Assembly: GCA_039810425.1 (NCBI GenBank) | Contig: JBDHWW010000023.1 | Coordinates: 1-52,103, forward strand | DNA length: 52,103 bases | From: Pseudobdellovibrionaceae bacterium | GTDB lineage: Bacteria > Bdellovibrionota > Bdellovibrionia > Bdellovibrionales > Bdellovibrionaceae | Direction: 5' to 3' | Part shown: in pieces, positions 36,397-47,858 of the stretch | Position numbering within the stretch: the first letter of the stretch is position 1 | Layout of the letters: each line of letters begins with the position of its first letter | Translations under genes and position numbers: made by a program | The notes under the pieces: model-generated | The model's input: only the letters and a program-made list of their open reading frames with translations | The model's database searches: none | Told to the model about the DNA's origin: nothing

Positions 36397-37608
36397 ATGA
36401 AAATCACCCAAGTCAGCCACCCAACTCAAGAAGCGGTCTTAGGCAAATGCCGTGAGGCCTATCAGAAATTTCTGCAAAGATCCGAGATTGGCTTTCCCCG
36501 ACTGCCGGAGCGCAGTGAATTGTGGGTGAAGTCCGAGCGCCTTGGCTCGGCGAAAGCCGAAGAATTCGAGTCCCTTGTGATTGTGGGCCTGGGCGGAAGC
36601 TCTTTGGGGGCGCGGGTGATTCAAGAAGTGTTTCATGCAAAGAATATGTTCTTTGTCGACAACGTCGATGCGATTGAGTTTGAAAACCTGCTCGCGGATT
36701 TGCCGGATTTTTCAAAGGTTTGCTGGGCGTTTGTGTCTAAGAGCGGTACGACGATTGAGTCTCTGTGTGCGCTGGAAATTCTTGAACAGGTTTACAATGG
36801 CCAGGGGCTAAAGCTGGCGAAAAATTCGGTGGTGATTTCTGAAACTAAAGAAAGCTCGCTCACAAAATGGGCGCGAGCCCAAGGTGTTTCAGAGCTTGAA
36901 ATTCCCCTCGATGTCGGGGGCCGCTTCTCAGTTTTATCAGCGGTGGGTTTGATGCCGGCCGCCTTCATCGGCGCGGACTTGAATGAGATTCGCACAGGGG
37001 CCCTGAAGGCGCTGAAAGATGAAGCGGCGGTGACGGAATTGATGGCCCAGTTTGTTCAAAGCTTTGCCCGTGGGGAGTGGATTTCGCTCATGTGGTCTTA
37101 CAACTCGCGCATGAAGAACTTCGGTCTGTGGTTTCAGCAACTGTGGGCTGAGTCCCTTGGCAAAGCGAAAACCCGTGACGGGCTTCAGGCGCCCCGCGTG
37201 AGCACACCGATGGCCGCCATTGGGGCTTCAGATCAGCACTCTATCTTGCAGCAAGTGATGGAGGGGGCCCGTGACAAGTTTGTTTTTTTTCAGCGCTATG
37301 GCGATTCTGAAGGCGGCACTCTGAAAGTGAAAAAAACCCAGTTTCCTGAAACTCAAGATTTACGCGACCGCACGATGGGCGCGCTCCTGGGGATTGAAGC
37401 GCAATCAACGCAAGAAGCGCTTCATCACAATGGCGTGTCGACGATGACTTTGCGCTATGAAAAGCTCGATGGCGAAAGTCTCGGTTACCAGTTCATGCTT
37501 TGGGAGTTGGTGACGGCGGGCCTTGGCGAGATTCTTGGGATCAATGCCTTTGATCAGCCGGGGGTTGAGCTGGGCAAAGTGCTGGCGAAGAAAAAGCTAA
37601 AGTCTTGA
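36397..37608 (+). CDS. pgi: Glucose-6-phosphate isomerase
   Basis: GLGGSSLG, SKSGTTIE, VGGRFSVLS, QQLWAESLGK, DQHS, FDQPGVELGK. Confidence 0.93.
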   Translation: MKITQVSHPTQEAVLGKCREAYQKFLQRSEIGFPRLPERSELWVKSERLGSAKAEEFESLVIVGLGGSSLGARVIQEVFHAKNMFFVDNVDAIEFENLLADLPDFSKVCWAFVSKSGTTIESLCALEILEQVYNGQGLKLAKNSVVISETKESSLTKWARAQGVSELEIPLDVGGRFSVLSAVGLMPAAFIGADLNEIRTGALKALKDEAAVTELMAQFVQSFARGEWISLMWSYNSRMKNFGLWFQQLWAESLGKAKTRDGLQAPRVSTPMAAIGASDQHSILQQVMEGARDKFVFFQRYGDSEGGTLKVKKTQFPETQDLRDRTMGALLGIEAQSTQEALHHNGVSTMTLRYEKLDGESLGYQFMLWELVTAGLGEILGINAFDQPGVELGKVLAKKKLKS

Positions 37609-37760
37609 CATCTGCGCCCCGGAATTGTCACTGGGGCTTGTTGTCTCAAACTGGGATGGATGTTCTCGCCTATACGGGCTTAGGGGGTGCGGAAAGTGGT
37701 ACAACCCTTGCGATAACTCTTGGTAGATCTTGATAGGCCATTAGCAATGGTGAGGTATTT

Positions 37761-38429
37761 ATGTTCACCCGATGGATGAAAATCATGTTGAGCGTGGTGG
37801 TGTTTGGAACCATGGTGGCGTGTTCTCAGAACACCAACTTCCGTTCTGCGCGCGGCATGGGTGGCGTTACGGGTGACACAGGTGTGACAGGCAGTGGTTC
37901 TTCCAACTGCGGTAATACCACGCAAGCAACCGGCCGAGTCTATGATGGGGGCGGTAGCGCTTCCAGTGAGACTTTTGAGCAACGGGTGAAGGGTCTTTTG
38001 TCCGCGTCGATTGATCCCTCATACTTTGGCACTATTAGTGGCGATAATTCCAACGCCAGCACGGGTGTTTCGATGGAAGGCCGCATTTCTTACGACAGCT
38101 CCGGCAACTTGAATGTCAGCCAGACAAATCTCAAATTAACGGTGACGGACTCTTACGTTGGCCAAACAGATTCCACGGGAGCTGTTGTCCAGGCCTATCC
38201 AATGGGTTTTTCAACGGCAAGTTCAGGCGCCGTGAACTTGGCAGCAAAGACTTTTTCTGTTGTGTTCAAAGACAACTATGGTGAAATCACTGTCACTGGC
38301 AGCTTCTCAGGCTCCATCGCTACGGGAACCATCAGCTATGCGAACTACCAAACAGCGGTTGCGGGCAAGAATCCCAGCTCCGGCAACTTGGGTTCTTTTC
38401 AAATCTCCACCTGCTCTTTCGTTTACTAG
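37761..38429 (+). CDS. Ser/Gly/Thr-rich lipoprotein of unknown function
   Basis: Lipobox-like MVAC after a hydrophobic stretch; Gly-rich linker; beta-rich body; RBS GAGG. Confidence 0.8.
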   Translation: MFTRWMKIMLSVVVFGTMVACSQNTNFRSARGMGGVTGDTGVTGSGSSNCGNTTQATGRVYDGGGSASSETFEQRVKGLLSASIDPSYFGTISGDNSNASTGVSMEGRISYDSSGNLNVSQTNLKLTVTDSYVGQTDSTGAVVQAYPMGFSTASSGAVNLAAKTFSVVFKDNYGEITVTGSFSGSIATGTISYANYQTAVAGKNPSSGNLGSFQISTCSFVY

Positions 38430-38510
38430 TCCTGCACCCAATTTAAGCAATCCAAGAAGCCCTGCGTTTTTACTTGCCACATGACGCGCAGCTTGTGATT
38501 AATCACAGTA

Positions 38511-39614
38511 ATGTCTAAGAAGTTTTTGTTTGATTCAGATATGTTGCATTCTGTTGCAGGTGGCCGCTCCGCGATCGATACGCCAAGGCTCAATATTAAA
38601 TCTCTCGACCAGGCCACCTCTTTTATTCAATGTTATGGTTTTGATTTCTCAAACCCCCAGGACGTCGAGCGCATTTGGTACTATCACCGCCGCGCCTTGG
38701 TTTTGATGACCGATAAGTTGGGCTTTGAGTTGCAAGAAGTCCCGGAGCTTTTGCGTGAGCGCAAAACCCTGGGCGACATCCGCCGTTTGTTGTTGTTAGC
38801 AAGCTCCAGCGAGGATTCTGAAAAACGTCTACAGCACTGGTCGTGCGCAATCCTTCGTTGCATGCACGTTTATGTTCATGCGGAAAATGATCTCTTTTCA
38901 AGTTTCAGTGAAGAAATTCAAAGTCAGATTCTGACGCCTTTCCAAAAGACGATCTATCATGACGGCACAACCCACAAGGCGTATTTGAAAAGCCAGCGTG
39001 AAGACGGGCAGCAGCCGGTGGAATTGCTGGGCTTTGAAGTTAAGCCGTTTAAGACGTCTTCAAGCACGGTGATCAAGCTTCTTGCGAAGCCCGATGCCTT
39101 GGCGATGAAGATCTTTGATAAACTGGGCGTGCGTTTTGTGACGCGTTCTTTGTTTGATTCCTTCCAGGTGATTCGTTTCTTAGTCGAAGAAAATATCATG
39201 AGCTTCCCGCACATCATGCCGGATCAGTCGTCGAATAACTTGTACCCAGTGGATTTATTTTTGACAATTTGTCAGGAACTTTTTCAAAGTGGAAAAGACT
39301 ATTCGGAGCCGGAGTTGAAGCAAGTCTTCGAGGGGCGCTTGGCTGATATTGGTGGCGATGCCCAGATGTTCCGTAAAGAGAACTTTTTCTCGGGCGTGGA
39401 TTATCGTTTTATTAAATTTATCACGCGCAAGCTGATTCATGTTCAGCCGGCCGGTGGGAAGGAATCTTTTAGTTTTTTTTACCCGTTTGAAGTCCAAATT
39501 ATGGACCAGTCCGCTCATCAGGCGATTCTGTCGGGCCCTTCTGAGCATGAGGCTTACAAAGAGCGCCAGCGTTTGGCTGCCCGTAAGCGCCTTTTTTCAG
39601 AAAGTGGAGTATGA
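38511..39614 (+). CDS. TIGR04552-like protein with RelA/SpoT-like nucleotidyltransferase motifs
   Basis: FKTSSSTVIKLLAK, IFDKLGVRFVT, FEVQI resemble RSH synthetase motifs. Confidence 0.75.
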   Translation: MSKKFLFDSDMLHSVAGGRSAIDTPRLNIKSLDQATSFIQCYGFDFSNPQDVERIWYYHRRALVLMTDKLGFELQEVPELLRERKTLGDIRRLLLLASSSEDSEKRLQHWSCAILRCMHVYVHAENDLFSSFSEEIQSQILTPFQKTIYHDGTTHKAYLKSQREDGQQPVELLGFEVKPFKTSSSTVIKLLAKPDALAMKIFDKLGVRFVTRSLFDSFQVIRFLVEENIMSFPHIMPDQSSNNLYPVDLFLTICQELFQSGKDYSEPELKQVFEGRLADIGGDAQMFRKENFFSGVDYRFIKFITRKLIHVQPAGGKESFSFFYPFEVQIMDQSAHQAILSGPSEHEAYKERQRLAARKRLFSESGV

Positions 39615-40351
39615 GATTGATCGCAAGCCTTCGTAGTATTGTTATGACGGTGGCATATCCATTTGTGCTGCTTTTTTTCTCGGTCCTGGTGATGACGGTG
39701 AATCTGCTTTTCAATAACAAGAAATGGGATGATGGCGTTGTCCAGCTTTGGGGCCGTGTTTCTTGCTGGATGTTCGGGGTAAAAATCAAAATCAGCGGCC
39801 TGGAGCATGTGCCCGCCGGCGGCTGCGTTTTCTTATTCAATCACACGAGTTTTTTTGATGTGTTTGCGATGCAAGGGGCTTTGAACGGGTTTCGCTTCGG
39901 CGCAAAGATTGAGCTCTTTAAGATCCCGGTGTTTGGGCTGGCGATGCGCAGGCTTGGAGCGTTACCGATTGCGCGTCAGAAGCGCGATGAGGTTTTTAGG
40001 GTCTATGAGGCAGCCCAAGGACGTTTGCAGCGGGGAGAGCGTTTTGCGCTCGCTCCAGAGGGCACACGCCAGGAAGAGGAAAAGCTCGGCGCATTTAAAG
40101 CCGGGCCTTTTGTGTTTGCGATCAACGCACGTGCGCCACTTGTGCCGGTGGTCATCCGCGGCGCCGCGAAGATTTTGCCAAAGGGCCATTGGGTTCCGAA
40201 CAGTGATGTCTGGACCCGTGAAATCACAATTGATGTTCTTGAGTCGGTTTCAACCGAAGGTTACGACATCAAAGACCGTCCGGCTTTACAGGAAAAAGTG
40301 CGTAACGAAATGCTTCCTTACTTCCCGGCAAATCTGCAATCAACACTCTGA
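39611..40351 (+). CDS. plsC: 1-acyl-sn-glycerol-3-phosphate acyltransferase
   Basis: NHTSFFD (HxxxxD), AKIELFKIPVFG, APEGTR, FKAGPF, VPVVI. Confidence 0.9.
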   Translation: MRLIASLRSIVMTVAYPFVLLFFSVLVMTVNLLFNNKKWDDGVVQLWGRVSCWMFGVKIKISGLEHVPAGGCVFLFNHTSFFDVFAMQGALNGFRFGAKIELFKIPVFGLAMRRLGALPIARQKRDEVFRVYEAAQGRLQRGERFALAPEGTRQEEEKLGAFKAGPFVFAINARAPLVPVVIRGAAKILPKGHWVPNSDVWTREITIDVLESVSTEGYDIKDRPALQEKVRNEMLPYFPANLQSTL

Positions 40352-40443
40352 GCCCCCACGCTGTCCTCGAGACGCCTCATTTTTTTGATTTGGATTTCAG
40401 GATTTCACGGATGGCCCGCTCCGTCCGCGCGGCTTCGCGATAA

Positions 40444-41787
40444 CTACTTAACCATCATCCATTCTTGGCTGAGGATGTGGGCTTGCATCTTTACTTTTTG
40501 CGCGCCGGTGTCTACGAGGATGCGGATGCGGGAGTTGGGGAGTGGCTCGATCTGGGCGATGCGCAGGTGGCGCGGGGCTTTGTGAATACCACCTTGGATG
40601 CGCTCCGCAAGTTTGTCCCACTTAATGTAGGGCTCAAACGTTTTTCCTTCATCGAAACTGCGATAGTTGCCGACATACCAGATCCCATCCGGATGAACCG
40701 CGACGGGATAATTTTTGCCTTCAAAAAGTGGAACTTCTTTCCAAGTTTTACCGTCTTCGGTGCGGAAAATGCCGTTTGCGGAGGCCAGGCCTTTGGAAGT
40801 CTTGCTGGCCAGGGCAAACGCCGAAACTTCGCGCTTCATCAATTGCTCAGTGGTGATTTGATGGGTGGCTTCGTTCACAGCTGCGATTTCCGGCTCCTCC
40901 AGGCGCCACCAAACGGTGCCGTGGCCCTCAAGGACGCTAAGGGCCCAGCGATGAGCCTTGTGGTCGCCAATTTCAACCCGTGAACGGATCGAGGGGGCGT
41001 CGTCCCTCAGTTTTTGGCAGGTCACACCGCGATTCACGTAGGGATTGAACGCGATGAATTTCTCGAGGGGAATTTTCTGTTTGTCCACCGTGAAAAGGAA
41101 GCCGTTTTCCCGATGGGAAATACCAAGCCAGCCCTTGGTTTTATTGTAGGCCCACATCGCAAAATCAGCGCGGCCCACCAGATTTGCAAGATCCAAATAC
41201 CCCACGTGACCTTGGTAAGAAACTTTTAAAAACGTCTTTTCTATTCCCAGCGAGGTCAGACGTTGCAGGCGCGGCACCGTCGTAATGATCGAAGAGGAAT
41301 TTTGCGGCGTCTTTTTTAAAAAACTGTCGATGAGAGTAATGAAAACGCCTTCGTCGTCAATCGGAGACTCCAGCAGGTGTAGCGGTGCCCAGCCTTGGAT
41401 CTTCTGCTTGCTGTCGCCCACCTCCGCCCAGGAGCTGTTCGTGCGTAGCACTTTGAGAGAGGTCTTTGCGTTCACCAGGCCCACGTTCTTTGCGCCCTCT
41501 TGAGGCTCTTTCACAAGCGTCAGGGACTCTTTGGCAATGAGGTTTCGGGTCACTTGCACATCGCGAATCACGGTTTCGCCGGGAACCTCGTAGGATTTCT
41601 TATTCCACGTCACCCGCAGCCACGGTTCAAAATCGCGACGGATCATTTTAGCTTCCAGATCGTCGCGGCTGGCTTGGCCAGAGGGGAAAAGGCTTTGTTG
41701 ATTGCGGTAAAACGAGACGGCTTGAGTCTCGGCCGCAAAACCGATCTGTGAAAAGAACGTGAGTATAAGAAAAAAGCCACGCCGCAT
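40444..41787 (-). CDS. Secreted protein with SH3b-like domains and Asp-box/BNR repeats
   Basis: Signal peptide (...QIGFA); LKVLRTNSSWAEV...QGWAP and FLKVSYQGHVGYL SH3b-like segments; FRTEDGKTW and RSFDEGKTF Asp-boxes. Confidence 0.65.
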   Translation of the reverse strand: MRRGFFLILTFFSQIGFAAETQAVSFYRNQQSLFPSGQASRDDLEAKMIRRDFEPWLRVTWNKKSYEVPGETVIRDVQVTRNLIAKESLTLVKEPQEGAKNVGLVNAKTSLKVLRTNSSWAEVGDSKQKIQGWAPLHLLESPIDDEGVFITLIDSFLKKTPQNSSSIITTVPRLQRLTSLGIEKTFLKVSYQGHVGYLDLANLVGRADFAMWAYNKTKGWLGISHRENGFLFTVDKQKIPLEKFIAFNPYVNRGVTCQKLRDDAPSIRSRVEIGDHKAHRWALSVLEGHGTVWWRLEEPEIAAVNEATHQITTEQLMKREVSAFALASKTSKGLASANGIFRTEDGKTWKEVPLFEGKNYPVAVHPDGIWYVGNYRSFDEGKTFEPYIKWDKLAERIQGGIHKAPRHLRIAQIEPLPNSRIRILVDTGAQKVKMQAHILSQEWMMVK

Positions 41788-41858
41788 GCTTGGATATTGT
41801 CGCAAGACTTTGGAGAGCCTCCAAGACCAGGATGTGAGAGCCGGACTAAGAGAGGGCT

Positions 41859-42380
41859 CTAGAGCGGGGTCATGCCTGTGGTCGACATTTCAATTTCCAC
41901 GGCCATGTCTGGATTGTCAGGATCGGTGAGCGTTTTACTGACCGTCGTTTCACCGACTTGATCCAATGTGCCGAGCGGAATTTTAACGGTGTCATAGTAT
42001 GAATCATCGAAATAGCGTTTGATAATGCCTTGGGCGACGGTGAACTCATCATCATGGGTGACTAGGTCGTCGAGGATTTGCTGGAAATTTTTGGCTTCGA
42101 ATTCGCAGGAATAGTCGCCGTCGTAAAGGTCGTTCGCATAGTCGCAATTGTAGGTGGTTCGGCGAATCGTGACTTGCGCTTTGAGCGTGCGATAGGCGGC
42201 ATCGTTTTCTTCGGTCCACATCGCGGTCCCTTTGAGATCAAAGATCGGGACTGTGGTGTTTGTCGCGGAGTTTTTGATCGTGCCTTTGAGGTGGATTTGA
42301 GACTGTTTGAAAGAGTAATCGGTGGCTGATGCCATGTTCGAAACGGCACACAAAGCGAAGGTCATCAAAAAAGCTTTCAC
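41859..42380 (-). CDS. Secreted acidic hypothetical protein
   Basis: GTG start after GAGG; signal peptide MKAFLMTFALCAVSNMASA; Cys pair. Confidence 0.75.
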   Translation of the reverse strand: MKAFLMTFALCAVSNMASATDYSFKQSQIHLKGTIKNSATNTTVPIFDLKGTAMWTEENDAAYRTLKAQVTIRRTTYNCDYANDLYDGDYSCEFEAKNFQQILDDLVTHDDEFTVAQGIIKRYFDDSYYDTVKIPLGTLDQVGETTVSKTLTDPDNPDMAVEIEMSTTGMTPL

Positions 42381-42629
42381 GGGGCACCTCTTGCTGTTGT
42401 AGCCACAGCACATCACGAAAACGAGGCCCTCGCAAGTCTTCTGCCCCCGAAGGGGAGGAGGGTGCTCAAAATCAGGGCAAAAGTCAGCGGGGACCTAAGG
42501 CTCACAGAACAAGGGGCCTTAGGTCTGTCATGGAAGCAGCACTATGTTTTTGACCACTCTCTTTGGTCGCGGTAGGACTGTGGGGTTCAGTGGATGGCAT
42601 ATTGTGCTTTGCGCAAAAAAGGAGAGTTT

Positions 42630-43499
42630 ATGGGTATTTCTGACGTTCGTTCCATCGGTGTTGTGGGTGCAGGTCAAATGGGAAACGGGATTGCACAAGT
42701 CGCGGCGCAATTTGGTTTTCAAGCCGTGATGGTTGACGTCGCATCAGCGGCTCTCGAAAAAGGTCTGGCGACAATTTCTGGTTCTTGCGACCGCCTGATC
42801 AAAAAAACAACGATGACGGAGGCCCAGAAAGCAGACCTCCTCGGCCGTATCAAAATTTCCCAAGATATGTCAGCCCTCAAAGACTGCGATGTCATTGTCG
42901 AAGCCGCGACCGAGAACGTGGATCTTAAATTAAAGATATTCAAACAACTCGATGAGGTGGCAAAGCCTGCGGCCATCTTGGCGTCTAACACATCTTCAAT
43001 CTCCATCACGAAAATTGCCGCCGTGACCAAGCGCCCAACGCAAGTGGCGGGGATGCACTTTATGAATCCGGTTCCATTGATGAAACTGGTTGAGGGGATC
43101 AAAGGTTTGCAGACTTCTGATGAGACTTTCAAAACTGTGAAAGCGCTCTCCGGGAAAATGGATAAGGTGTTTGTTGAGTCCGTGAAAGACATGCCGGGTT
43201 TTATCGTCAACCGCATTCTTATGCCGATGATCAACGAAGCGGTTTACACCCTTCATGAAGGTATTGCGAACGTTGAAGCCATCGACAATGCGATGAAGCT
43301 CGGAACAAACCAGCCGATGGGGCCACTGACTTTGGCGGACTTCATCGGTCTTGATACGTGTTTGGCAATCATGGACGTGCTTCACGACGGTTTGGGTGAT
43401 TCCAAATACCGTCCGTGCCCATTGCTGGTGAAATACGTTGAAGCGGGCTGGTTGGGTCGCAAGACCGGCCGTGGCTTTTATGACTACTCTCAGAAATAA
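42630..43499 (+). CDS. hbd: 3-hydroxybutyryl-CoA dehydrogenase
   Basis: [66 protein letters not shown]. Confidence 0.93.
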   Translation: MGISDVRSIGVVGAGQMGNGIAQVAAQFGFQAVMVDVASAALEKGLATISGSCDRLIKKTTMTEAQKADLLGRIKISQDMSALKDCDVIVEAATENVDLKLKIFKQLDEVAKPAAILASNTSSISITKIAAVTKRPTQVAGMHFMNPVPLMKLVEGIKGLQTSDETFKTVKALSGKMDKVFVESVKDMPGFIVNRILMPMINEAVYTLHEGIANVEAIDNAMKLGTNQPMGPLTLADFIGLDTCLAIMDVLHDGLGDSKYRPCPLLVKYVEAGWLGRKTGRGFYDYSQK

Positions 43500-43576
43500 G
43501 GCGATGGAAGCGGGTCCTGCGGGGCCTGGCGGGCCATCGCCCAAGCCGTGCTCAATTTTTTAAAAGGATTAAAAAA

Positions 43577-44380
43577 ATGTCTTCTCAATTTTCATATAAA
43601 GCGATTCATCTGGAACTCAAAGACAATGGTGTTTGGGTTCTGACGATTCAGCGTCCGGAGGCCTTAAACGCTCTTAATCAACAAGTTTTAAATGAGATGG
43701 CGGATGCTCTTCGCCAGATCGGCGAGATGCCTTACGAAAGTTCCCGCGCTTTGATCATCACGGGCGCTGGCGAAAAAGCTTTCGTCGCGGGTGCTGATAT
43801 CAAAGAAATGTCCGACCTCAATGTGGAGCAGGCAAAATTGTTTGCTCTTCGTGGCCAGTCGATCTTCCACGAACTCAACCTTCTAAAGATTCCGGTGATC
43901 GCGGCGGTCAATGGTTTTGCGTTGGGCGGCGGCTTGGAACTCGCGCTGGGCTGTGACTTCATCTTCGCCGCTGAAAATGCGAAATTCGGTTTGCCTGAAG
44001 TCAGCCTCGGCTTGATCCCGGGTTTTGGCGGCACGGTCCGCCTTGCACGGGCCGTGGGCATCCGCAAAGCCCGGGAGTTGACTTACACCGGCGACATGAT
44101 TACGGCGGCGGAAGCCTTGCAGTTGGGCCTGGCCAACAAGGTTGTGCCGCAAGCAGAACTCATGAATACTGTTATGAAGACCGTGGGCACGATCCTTTCC
44201 CGCGGACCGATTGCCGTTGCGGCGGCAAAGAAATCCATCAATCAATCTTATGAACTCGACGTTGAAGAAGCACAAAAAATCGAGGCGAGCCATTTCGGTG
44301 AACTCTTTGCAACTGAAGATGTGCGTGAAGGAACCCGTGCTTTCGTTGAAAAACGCAAACCTGCTTTTAAAGGAATTTAG
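43577..44380 (+). CDS. crt: Enoyl-CoA hydratase (crotonase)
   Basis: [59 protein letters not shown]. Confidence 0.92.
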   Translation: MSSQFSYKAIHLELKDNGVWVLTIQRPEALNALNQQVLNEMADALRQIGEMPYESSRALIITGAGEKAFVAGADIKEMSDLNVEQAKLFALRGQSIFHELNLLKIPVIAAVNGFALGGGLELALGCDFIFAAENAKFGLPEVSLGLIPGFGGTVRLARAVGIRKARELTYTGDMITAAEALQLGLANKVVPQAELMNTVMKTVGTILSRGPIAVAAAKKSINQSYELDVEEAQKIEASHFGELFATEDVREGTRAFVEKRKPAFKGI

Positions 44381-44385
44381 TTTTT

Positions 44386-47300
44386 ATGTACACGCCGAAG
44401 AATCCTGTTCGTATTGTCACTGCGGCTGCTTTGTTTGACGGCCACGACGCCAGCATCAATATCATGCGAAGAATTTTGCAAGAAATGGGTGCTGAAGTTA
44501 TTCACTTGGGTCACAACCGCTCCGTCAGCGATGTGGTCAAGGCCGTTTTACAAGAGGGCGCGCAAGGCGTGTGTATCAGCTCTTACCAGGGCGGTCACAT
44601 GGAGTACTTCAAATACATGAAGGATCTTCTTGATATGAATGGTGCAAGCCACGTGAAAATCTACGGCGGTGGCGGCGGCGTGATCGTTCACGATGAAAAA
44701 CGTGAGCTCGAAGCTTACGGCATTGCTCAGATCTTTCACCCGGATGACGGCCGCCGTTTGGGCCTTGAAGGCATGATCGAAATGATCGTGCGGGGCTGTG
44801 ACTTTGATATGGTGGCGGTCGCCGAGGAGGCGCAAGCCCGGGGCCTCGGAGGGGGCTTGGTTTCCAAAGACAAAGTTGAAAACCCTTTTGCTAAAGACAC
44901 AATTCCGTCTTTCGATTTGGGCCGTGCGCTTTCGATGATTGAGAACGGTGTAGATGAAGCAAAAGTTCATATGTTGATGAAGGGCTGTGGCCTTGATAAG
45001 TTTAAAGCGGCTAAAGGTGTGCCACCGGTTCTCGGGATCACCGGAACCGGTGGCGCCGGTAAGTCGAGTTTGATCGACGAAATCGTTCAGCGCTTCTTGA
45101 ATGCTTATCCGGATAAGAACATTGCCGTGGTGTGCGTGGACCCGTCAAAACGCAAAACCGGTGGCTCTCTTTTGGGGGACCGTATCCGCATGAATTCGTT
45201 AAGCCGGGGGCATGCTTACATGCGCTCCGTGGCTTCACGCGGCTCCGGCCGCGAGATTGCCTCAAGTCTTCCTTCGATTTTGAAATATTTGAAAAATTTT
45301 AATTTTGATCTGATTATCGCGGAAACTTCAGGTATCGGTCAGGGCAATATGGCGATCACGGAAGTGAGCGACATGTCCATGTACGTCATGACGTCTGATT
45401 TCGGGGCGCAATCGCAGCTTGAAAAGATCGACATGATCGACTTCGCGGATTTAATTGCCGTAAATAAGGCGGACCGCCGTGGTGCCATGGATGCCCTTCG
45501 TGACGTCACAAAGCAGTACAAGCGCTCACGCAAGATCTTCGATGAAAAAGTCAAAGTGCCGGTATTCCTCACGCAAGCATCGCAATTCAACGATGGCGGC
45601 GTGAATAAGTTGTTCTTTAAAATGACAGAGTTGCTCGCTGAGAAAAATACAGCAAACACTTGGGCGATGAATGAAGAGTTTAAGAAAAACGTTCTTTCGG
45701 CGGAAGAGCACGCTATCATCCCCGCGGAGAGACAAAACTATCTGGCGGAAATTGTTTCATCGATCCACAAATACAAAGAGCGGACGGAGAAATTGTCAGA
45801 AAAAGCGTCCACTCTGGGTGCGTTACATAATGTTGCAAGTCTTTTGGGGGCCGAGGCTGCGAACGTTGAAAAAGTTCAGAAGAACCTTGAGCTTGAGTTC
45901 ACTGCGGAAGAGCTTGATTCTTTGAAAAATTGGCGGGAGTTGCAAGAACGCTATGCGGGTGATGAGCTGATTTTCAATATCCGCGGTAAAGAAATCCGCC
46001 AGCAACTCACCGTTGAAAGCTTGAGCGGAACTAAAATCCGCCGCGTGGTTTTGCCGAGGTTTAAAGATTGGGGCGACCGCTTTAAGTTTTTGAAGCTCGA
46101 AAACGTTCCCGGCGAATTCCCATTCACCGGCGGCGTGTTTCCTTTGAAACGGGCCGATGAAGATCCTAAGCGCATGTTCGCGGGGGAAGGTACGCCGGAG
46201 CGGACCAACCGTCGGTTCCATTACCTGACAAAAGGGGAAGGGGCGCCGCGGTTATCGACGGCCTTCGACTCCGTGACTTTGTACGGCCAGGATCCAGATC
46301 CTCGTCCGGATATCTTCGGTAAGGTCGGAGAGTCGGGTGTGAGCATCTGCACCTTGAACGATATGAAAAAGCTCTACGCGGGCTACGATCTTTGCTCGCC
46401 AAACACCAGCGTGAGCATGACAATCAATGGTCCCGCGCCGATGATCCTCGCCTTTTACTTCAACACCGCGATCGACCAGCAGATTGAGAAAAGAGAAAAA
46501 GAACGCGGCCGCAAATTGACGGATTCGGAGTGGCTAGAGACTGCGGATTGGACCGTGCAACAGGTGCGCGGAACGGTCCAAGCGGACATTTTGAAAGAAG
46601 ACCAAGGCCAAAACACGTGCATCTTCTCCATCAATTTCGCGCTCAAGATGATGGGTGATATTCAAGAGTTCTTCGTTCAGAAGAACGTGAAGAACTTCTA
46701 TTCCGTCAGCATCTCGGGTTACCACATTGCGGAGGCGGGCGCGAATCCGATCAGTCAGCTGGCTTTCACGCTTTCAAATGGCTTCACGTTCGTTGAGTAC
46801 TATTTGGCCAGAGGTCTTAATATCGACGATTTTGCTCCGAACTTGTCGTTCTTCTTTAGCAATGGTCTTGATCCAGAGTATGCGGTTTTGGGACGGGTGG
46901 CTCGTCGTATCTGGTCCGTGGCAATGCGTGATCTTTATAAGGCGAATGACCGTTCTCAGAAGCTTAAATATCACATTCAGACTTCGGGACGTTCCCTGCA
47001 TGCCCAGGAAATTGATTTCAACGATATCCGGACGACATTGCAGGCCTTGATTGCGCTTTATGACAATTGCAATAGCTTGCACACGAATGCTTATGATGAA
47101 GCGATTACGACACCCACGGAGGAATCCGTGCGTCGGGCCATGGCGATTCAGCTCATCATCAACCGTGAGTTCGGTGTTTCTAAGAATGAAAATCCAAACC
47201 AAGGAAGTTTCTTCATGGAAGAACTCACGGACTTGGTTGAAGAAGCCGTGTTGAGCGAATTCAAACGCATCAATGAGCGCGGCGGCGTTCTCGGGGCGAT

Positions 47301-47676
47301 GGAAACCCAGTACCAGCGTTCGAAGATCCAGGAAGAGAGCTTATACTACGAGCGTCTTAAACACGACGGCAGTTTACCAATTATCGGTGTCAACACGTTC
47401 ATTGATCCAAAGACAATGCAAGCGGACTATGTGCCGCCGAAAATTGAACTCGCGCGGGCCTCCTATGAAGAAAAGAACCAGCAGCTCACTAACGTCAAGG
47501 CCTTCCAGAAGTCTGAAGCCGGCCAAAGCGAACAGGAACTGCAGAACCTGAAAGCGGCGGTTTTAAAAGGCGAAAATATTTTTGCCGCCCTCATGAAAGC
47601 CGCAAGACACTGCAGCCTGTACCAAATGACTGAAGCCTTGTACGAAGTCGGCGGTCAGTACCGTAGAAATTTATAG
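44386..47676 (+). CDS. icmF: Fused isobutyryl-CoA mutase/GTPase IcmF
   Basis: B12-binding FDGHDASIN...HLGHNRS, MeaB-like G domain [20 protein letters not shown], mutase domain [44 protein letters not shown]. Confidence 0.95.
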   Translation: MYTPKNPVRIVTAAALFDGHDASINIMRRILQEMGAEVIHLGHNRSVSDVVKAVLQEGAQGVCISSYQGGHMEYFKYMKDLLDMNGASHVKIYGGGGGVIVHDEKRELEAYGIAQIFHPDDGRRLGLEGMIEMIVRGCDFDMVAVAEEAQARGLGGGLVSKDKVENPFAKDTIPSFDLGRALSMIENGVDEAKVHMLMKGCGLDKFKAAKGVPPVLGITGTGGAGKSSLIDEIVQRFLNAYPDKNIAVVCVDPSKRKTGGSLLGDRIRMNSLSRGHAYMRSVASRGSGREIASSLPSILKYLKNFNFDLIIAETSGIGQGNMAITEVSDMSMYVMTSDFGAQSQLEKIDMIDFADLIAVNKADRRGAMDALRDVTKQYKRSRKIFDEKVKVPVFLTQASQFNDGGVNKLFFKMTELLAEKNTANTWAMNEEFKKNVLSAEEHAIIPAERQNYLAEIVSSIHKYKERTEKLSEKASTLGALHNVASLLGAEAANVEKVQKNLELEFTAEELDSLKNWRELQERYAGDELIFNIRGKEIRQQLTVESLSGTKIRRVVLPRFKDWGDRFKFLKLENVPGEFPFTGGVFPLKRADEDPKRMFAGEGTPERTNRRFHYLTKGEGAPRLSTAFDSVTLYGQDPDPRPDIFGKVGESGVSICTLNDMKKLYAGYDLCSPNTSVSMTINGPAPMILAFYFNTAIDQQIEKREKERGRKLTDSEWLETADWTVQQVRGTVQADILKEDQGQNTCIFSINFALKMMGDIQEFFVQKNVKNFYSVSISGYHIAEAGANPISQLAFTLSNGFTFVEYYLARGLNIDDFAPNLSFFFSNGLDPEYAVLGRVARRIWSVAMRDLYKANDRSQKLKYHIQTSGRSLHAQEIDFNDIRTTLQALIALYDNCNSLHTNAYDEAITTPTEESVRRAMAIQLIINREFGVSKNENPNQGSFFMEELTDLVEEAVLSEFKRINERGGVLGAMETQYQRSKIQEESLYYERLKHDGSLPIIGVNTFIDPKTMQADYVPPKIELARASYEEKNQQLTNVKAFQKSEAGQSEQELQNLKAAVLKGENIFAALMKAARHCSLYQMTEALYEVGGQYRRNL

Positions 47677-47858
47677 GCCGGTTTTGAGGTAAAAAGGCTG
47701 TAAACACTTGTTTGCTTGACAAAAATTACCCGGTTTGAGGGTTTTTGCGTTTGCATATAGACTCGATTTTAAGTGCTCTTTTGCTTTTTGGAGCAAGCTT
47801 GTCTATATTTCGACCGTTTTTAAATAGCACGGATAGACCGTAAAAAGGTGCCTTTCCC

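Noticed and set aside
42420..42600. Cobalamin or c-di-GMP riboswitch upstream of hbd-crt-icmF
   Set aside because: No B12-box and no complete GEMM architecture; only isolated hairpins
40350..43550. REP-like GC-rich intergenic motifs (40408-40440, 43500-43542) sharing GCGGGCCATC
   Set aside because: Only ~10 bp shared and too few copies in the window to define a repeat family
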